Of a stretch of DNA of 29,697 nt, positions 23,845 to 29,697 are shown one piece after another. The stretch comes from Ginkgo biloba. Taxonomy: Eukaryota; Plantae; Ginkgophyta. Both the position numbers and the translations under genes were made by a program. The stretch lies in the NCBI GenBank assembly GCA_024626585.2, contig JANKJI020000004.1, forward strand, positions 139,963,230 to 139,992,926, in the 5' to 3' direction. The notes under the pieces are model-generated. The model saw nothing but the letters and a program-made list of their open reading frames with translations, had not been told where the DNA came from and did no database searches. Each line of letters opens with the position of its first letter. Position 1 is the stretch's first letter.

Positions 23845-23990
23845 GCCTTACCATATTTCCCATACATCATTAAAAATTTAACCAAAAAAAAACAAACCAA
23901 AAAGAGAATCATTGGTGGGCATGCAAATAAAGCCACCAACATCCATATTCCCCATCCATCGATCGCCTCACCATATTTCCCACATATCAA
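23845..23990. repeat. ~26-bp direct repeat (period 120) with a partial third copy
   Basis: gccttaccatatttcccatacatca at 23845, gcctcaccatatttcccacatatca at 23965, and ccatattccccatccatc at 23943. Confidence 0.8.
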
Positions 23991-25742
23991 TCTTCCTGGT
24001 ACAAAGATCATGAAATTAAGTAATTGCAATGCAATTCATACAGTCCAAACCCATGTCACAGTCACAATTTGTGTTGCAATCATTTACAAAACTGGGCTAT
24101 ATATGACCTTTAATAGTTGCATGAGAGGACACAATATGCAAGCGATAGAAAGCTATATGTCTAATTAATAAAGGTGACGAGGCATAGGCTGCACTGCAAC
24201 TCTACTTCTAGAATTCAATGGATAATTAGAAAAATTATGGATTATGCTCATACTTGGCTTGCCTACTTGCGCTTGGTAAGAGATGAATTTGAAGCCTATC
24301 AATTGGATAGAATTGCCAACATACTGCACCAAAATTGTCTGCAGTGAATTTTCCATAATAGTAATCCAAAATAAATACTATTAGATAATAAGNNNNNNNN
24401 NNTTGGTACAATCTGTCTTATCAAATATTGGAGATCAAGTACCCAAGTACTCAACGGTCTAGAGGCTCAATAGAGAACATCCAGTAACAAATTTCCAACA
24501 CAACCTTGATGAACTATTTACTCAAATAATCCAAGAGGGTGGTATCTGAATGATTAGTAACACATTATGGCATTGGGGCCCATGCAACACTAATTAGAAA
24601 ACAGAGAANNNNNNNNNNNNNNNNNNNNNNNNNNNNNNNNNNNNNNNNNNNNNNNNNNNNNNNNNNNNNNNNNNNNNNNNNNNNNNNNNNNNNNNNNNNN
24701 NNNNNNNNNNNNNNNNNNNNNNNNNNNNNNNNNNNNNNNNNNNNNNNNNNNNNNNNNNNNNNNNNNNNNNNNNNNNNNNNNNNNNNNNNNNNNNNNNNNN
24801 NNNNNNNNNNNNNNNNNNNNNNNNNNNNNNNNNNNNNNNNNNNNNNNNNNNNNNNNNNNNNNNNNNNNNNNNNNNNNNNNNNNNNNNNNNNNNNNNNNNN
24901 NNNNNNNNNNNNNNNNNNNNNNNNNNNNNNNNNNNNNNNNNNNNNNNNNNNNNNNNNNNNNNNNNNNNNNNNNNNNNNNNNNNNNNNNNNNNNNNNNNNN
25001 NNNNNNNNNNNNNNNNNNNNNNNNNNNNNNNNNNNNNNNNNNNNNNNNNNNNNNNNNNNNNNNNNNNNNNNNNNNNNNNNNNNNNNNNNNNNNNNNNNNN
25101 NNNNNNNNNNNNNNNNNNNNNNNNNNNNNNNNNNNNNNNNNNNNNNNNNNNNNNNNNNNNNNNNNNNNNNNNNNNNNNNNNNNNNNNNNNNNNNNNNNNN
25201 NNNNNNNNNNNNNNNNNNNNNNNNNNNNNNNNNNNNNNNNNNNNNNNNNNNNNNNNNNNNNNNNNNNNNNNNNNNNNNNNNNNNNNNNNNNNNNNNNNNN
25301 NNNAATTAGATTTTGTTATCTCTGCCTGTGAGTAGTAGGAGATCATGTGGATACTGTATTTTCGGTTTGTATGCATCTGCCTGTATGCAAAGTGTCTAAT
25401 CCTAAGTAGAGGTGTTAAATTTTGATGTAAAATGATTACCCTTGGATAATATTACTCTCAATACAAAAACAAAAGAAAATTCATTGTTATTTGCAATGCC
25501 ACGGATGAAATAGCATTGCAACATTTGATGTCGATTCATTCCATCTCCCTTGAATTACTCTGAATTGAGGAAGGTATCATTGTTGAGTGGTACAGAGATG
25601 CAATCTCCACACCATGCTGTAAACATTTATGATTATTGATACTGGGAGAAAATCTTGCAAGAGTGGAGATTGGGGTGTAACAGAATATTCAAGTGGTTTG
25701 TTTCTATTAAGTAGTTATTAATGATGCTTTATTTAAGCATAT

Positions 25743-25868
25743 TTCCTTGTTTTCTTCTATTGTGAGAAGCCTTCCCCTTAGCCCAAAGGCTCAGCACCTC
25801 TCGATAAAATTTGAACTTAGACAACCTTGTTGAAGCAATCCCTCTACGCCATTGGGACTACCTGGGAG
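25743..25868 (-). mobile_element. Candidate degenerate tRNA-derived SINE
   Basis: On the minus strand: A-box-like TAGTCCCAATGG (25860-25849), B-box-like AAGTTCAAATT (25818-25808) about 30 nt downstream, and an A-rich tail at about 25760-25743. No TSD was identified. Confidence 0.42.
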
Positions 25869-26364
25869 ACTGTGGAAGTAGATTTATTAAATCGCAAACA
25901 TCGACAGCAGGCAACTCTTGTATTCTTTCTTGTCTGACTTCAGTATATTGATATTAAGGGATCTTTGACTATGCTTTTGTTCCCTGCATGCTTAGTACAC
26001 TGATTTATATTCCATTTCTAACTCATCCTATTGCATCACCAGTCAATTATGGCTCAAACAGAATGTCATGTGTCACAGTACAGTGTCAAGGATTAGAATT
26101 CTATTTTCAGTTCAATGAAAATATATGTTCTGCTCTCAAAATCCACTCTTTTTCTTCATAAATGAATGCCACAATTTCAGAAAAGTTCAAAACTAATATC
26201 AACTTCTACATTATTCATGTGTTACTATGGACTTGACAAATATTGGAGACAATATTTACTCAACCATATGAATTTGAAATTGGGCCATAGCTTATTTGTA
26301 CAAAAACCCAACGACAACTCATAATAACAAGGAATCCATTATTACAGTTTGAATCTCCAATACT

Positions 26365-26682
26365 TCATTTTAGCTTTGTCTCATCTGCACTAGGCAACAA
26401 TTTTTCTGTGTCACCTGTTGCAGATTGTGCATCATTTTCTCTAGGCAACAAGCCAAGGAGTGGCAAGGGAATCAAGGAACTCAGATTGCACAAAACTAGC
26501 AATAGTGTTAAGTTTGTGAAGTTGTCTTTGGTAACACCCAAAACCTGTGTGAGTCCTGCTCCAAGTAAACCTCCTGTTACACTGCCCCCATTACTGATTG
26601 ACATCAAAGTTGCAAACAGAGTGGCCTCCATACCTGAAGGGCATAACTTTGCAGCAAGTACTAACACAGGCATGAATGACGC
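26365..26682 (-). CDS. FBT1: Folate-biopterin transporter 1, chloroplastic (BT1/FBT family, MFS), last exon
   Basis: After acceptor tttcag| the exon reads [81 protein letters not shown]...KLK*, which has the hallmark [15 protein letters not shown] motif. 318 nt, phase 0. Confidence 0.96.
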   Translation of the reverse strand, partial: ASFMPVLVLAAKLCPSGMEATLFATLMSISNGGSVTGGLLGAGLTQVLGVTKDNFTNLTLLLVLCNLSSLIPLPLLGLLPRENDAQSATGDTEKLLPSADETKLK

Positions 26683-27380
26683 CTGAAATAATGACAAATT
26701 ATGAGTTAGTGAAACCTTCAAAAAATCGTTTTAAATCTTATATTATATAGTTATCATTTCCCATGTAGTTGAAAGTGCACCTGAAAATTTTATCAGCACC
26801 AGAAATATCACTTGCTAATTGCAGACTCTGTTTATGAAAAAAACAACATTTTTCCTCTTTATTTCTAATAAAAGAATAGTGCAAGATTCTAGTGAAATAT
26901 ATCATCTCAGCATAATGTAGGCCATGCATTGAAATTGGTTAGTGTCCTACTACTCTGCTAATTCTATTAGTTCATACAGTTCTTTTGTTTGGAAATATGT
27001 TTCTAGTGAAAGTGTTACAGACAATCATCCCAAAAGTAGTTTGTAAATGGCCACTCCTGTCATACATGCAATTTGAACCTGCCTCATTACATACCACATA
27101 GCATGGAATACACAATGAGATTGAGGGTATCTGCGTTTATTAGACAGTCCATGAGAAAATTACAAAAATTAATATAATCTTTTAATGCTCATAAATACAC
27201 ATGAAATTGCACAAACTGCTGCCTAAGAAATGCAGCCAAATGGCCAATAAATCAAATCATATATATGGTAAAACATGCTTATGGCCCAAAGCCCAATGCA
27301 CAAGTACAAAGATTAGAAACGTGGGGTCTGCAAGAGCTCTGTAAGGTCACAGATCAGAATCCTTGATTCATCCACCTTCA

Positions 27381-27515
27381 GGGGCAAATCCAGGGGCAAG
27401 GTGGCAAAGAGCCAAGCAAATCTTCATTCCTGCCAACTGTGCACTAACTTTCCCCTGGCCAAAATGAGCAGGCGATTGGATTGCAGTCAAGGCTCCCAAG
27501 CACCTGGCTTGCCCC
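27381..27515. mobile_element. Candidate MITE (PIF/Harbinger-like TIRs) in the FBT1 intron
   Basis: Left ggggcaaatccagg (27381-27394) and right cctggcttgcccc (27503-27515) form an imperfect inverted pair, within a GC-richer island of an AT-rich intron. The TSD is not clean. Confidence 0.4.
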
Positions 27516-29106
27516 AAGAGGCATAAAGAGGAGAGAAGAGGATCGGTAACCCCATCCTGACCACCAACCAGTTGCCACTCTGGAGTCAAGGTGTAGCATC
27601 GGTATGAGAGTTGAGACTACACACACTTCTAAAGTAAATATTATTTTATGTTTCTACACAAAAAAAGTTAAAAAGCTTTGTCTATTTGAAATGTGATGCA
27701 GATTAGAAGATAACACTATTAAGCGTTTAAGATATCTGACTTAGTACTCTCCTTTTGCTGTTTTTGTTTTCTACATGCGTGAGATTTATTTATTAATGTT
27801 GATATTATTGCCTAATATATAAAATTACGTAAATACACAAACTACAACCTCAGCTATCATGGTAGACATGTAAGCAGAATAAATGGAGCACAGAAAGGCA
27901 TGATGTAAAGAATTTCGTCAGATCATTTTAGCCCAAGGAACAAGTAATCTGGTCCGAATTGCTCAATAAGTTACAAAGATGGATAGATACATGGGCATTG
28001 GTACCATATGAAGGCATAAAGGCTCACAATGGCATGCATGCACATCTTGTAGGAGGCAAGCAGAATGCTTAGTATATACAAATATGCATATGGGCTCATT
28101 CCATCGCAGAACACCCACTAAAGGTGATGACTGAGAGTGGCAGAATGATGTCACAGGCATAGTTACATGAGATTTATCATTTATCGCATTGTAAAGTTTC
28201 AATTTAAGTGAAACATCTAACTAGCAGTACAAATATGCATGAAATATTAATAACAGTAACATGATGTAAGTACACAAAATAGGGAATGCATCTACAAAAT
28301 AGTTTTGTGAACTGCACATGTATATTAAGTACCTAAATTCAGGCCTTTAGGAGATGCACAGCATGCAATTGGGTCACATGTTTGTCCATGCACAAGGGAG
28401 GACCCATAATCTGGCACAATGAACCCTGAAGCAAACTGTCTCCATTTTCAAGTGAAGTCTTTCTAACCAGAACTAAAATATTTTCTGCTATTCTAACCAT
28501 TTTACAACTTCCAAATGGGACGGTTTCATTTGAAATATTCATTGGCAAGTTCCTGATTTTGGGATTTTGGAATGGGGAAATTAAACACAGAACCTGGCCT
28601 CCTTTGTAAATTTCCATGTGATGTGATTTACTGAGAATTTCNNNNNNNNNNNNNNNNNNNNNNNNNNNNNNNNNNNNNNNNNNNNNNNTGTCTGCTGTGA
28701 AATGTCTTATTCTTATTGATATATACCTACAACAACAATCTAAGAAAAGGAAATCGTGTTACTAATCCAGAGGATAAAGGGATAACTTACACTAAACAGG
28801 TGCAAAAACCATGCACCTGTCGGGTTCTATCTGGATTCTATTGACACAATTACATGACAATGGAACTACTGATATTGTGGAAACAGGAAAGAATCTCTGC
28901 CAGTATGCCAAACCCTTCTCGTTAGACAATATTGATTAACCTCCTTTTGCAACTGATGATTACAAGGAAAGTACAGATAAAAGAATGAGGTAACCAATTT
29001 TTTTTTAAGATTGTCACCTTCCGAAACAGACCACGCAAATAAGTGGAAGCCATTTTCTTATAACAGATCATATTCGAACAAAATACATCTCATGAGGGCA
29101 TTTTAC

Positions 29107-29199
29107 CTGACCAAGAACTGTCAGAATCAACGAATCTCCAATTGCAAACCACTCATCACTTATACCAAATTGTCGATTTATTCCAGTAACAAGTAAGAC
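29107..29199 (-). CDS. FBT1: FBT1 penultimate exon
   Basis: ttcag|[31 protein letters not shown]|gtaaaa. 93 nt, phase 0/0, and it joins the neighbouring exons in frame. Confidence 0.96.
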
Positions 29200-29313
29200 C
29201 TGAACATTGTCAACATTTTCCATTATAATCAATTAACAAATGCTTCCTGCATAGAAGAGGCATAGAATATCTCCCATAACAATATCCTTCGTTCAGAATT
29301 AAAAAGTATTTAC

Positions 29314-29482
29314 CTGTGTCATGCCCAGAGCCGCTCCAGTGAGTGTTGTCCAAAAGAATATTTTCCTTAGAGGAACACTCTTCAACAGCCCATTGTAAAG
29401 TGCAACACCAAACAAGGAAGCAACTGATGTAACTAGCCTGACACGACCAAGGAACTCTGGTCCAAAGCCCAGTTTGTTTGTC
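29314..29482 (-). CDS. FBT1: FBT1 internal exon; upstream exons lie beyond the window
   Basis: tttcag|g [56 protein letters not shown]|gtaaat. 169 nt. Confidence 0.96.
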
Positions 29483-29697
29483 CTGAAACACAGTGGAAAT
29501 GTTTTCTGACCAATGGTGATACTTGCATAGAAACAGATACAGATGAAAAAGAAAACTAAGATATTATACAAAACATAAAATCCTATGAAATACAGTCAAA
29601 CTTGATGAAAGGAGATAGTGACAGGCAAGAAGAGACCAAAATTTCTAGGAAATGGACACAGGAATTCCAGAACATTACGAATTTGAGAAGAAAAGTA

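Noticed and set aside
2039-23990. Short direct repeats (37, 26, ~70 and 140 bp) considered as CRISPR-like arrays
   Set aside because: Only 2-3 copies, no regular unique spacers, no cas genes, and a eukaryotic context.
23841-23990. miR482/2118-like precursor
   Set aside because: The repeats are direct rather than inverted, no convincing fold-back arm was found, and the match to the family consensus is poor.
12864-25376. Long ORFs in the supplied track (12864-13688, 17020-18115, 24594-25376 and others containing X runs)
   Set aside because: They are open only because they cross N-gaps, so they are artefacts.

Overview
This is eukaryotic, land-plant nuclear DNA from a fragmented draft assembly with more than 20 N-gaps, many of them 100-N placeholders. 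The retroelement style looks gymnosperm-like, but the taxon cannot be fixed from the sequence alone. Two intact-looking host genes lie on the minus strand: the last two exons of a mitochondrial import-motor J-protein TIM14/PAM18 gene (10834-11427, 5' part lost in a gap), and the last three exons of a plastid folate/biopterin transporter FBT1 gene (26365-29482, continuing beyond the window). Most of the rest is decayed mobile DNA: a Ty3/gypsy gag remnant (1-1001, -), an L1-type LINE (2284-4760, +), an internally deleted gypsy pol with PPT and LTR (5800-7466, +), candidate SINE, MITE and CACTA ends, and several short tandem duplications. There are no prokaryotic features such as operons or CRISPR, and I cannot claim a proven new biological system. 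The best unexplained leads are (i) a decayed ORF built from about 15 copies of a 42-nt/14-aa coiled-coil repeat downstream of a tRNA-Met PBS-like site (13783-14972), (ii) a CpG-rich, apparently spliced, unrecognised transcription unit at about 7580-9010, and (iii) an intronless fragment resembling an RPC17/Rpb4-type HRDC domain next to a CACTA-like terminus (21529-21813). All family assignments come from manual translation and motif recall; no database search was run.
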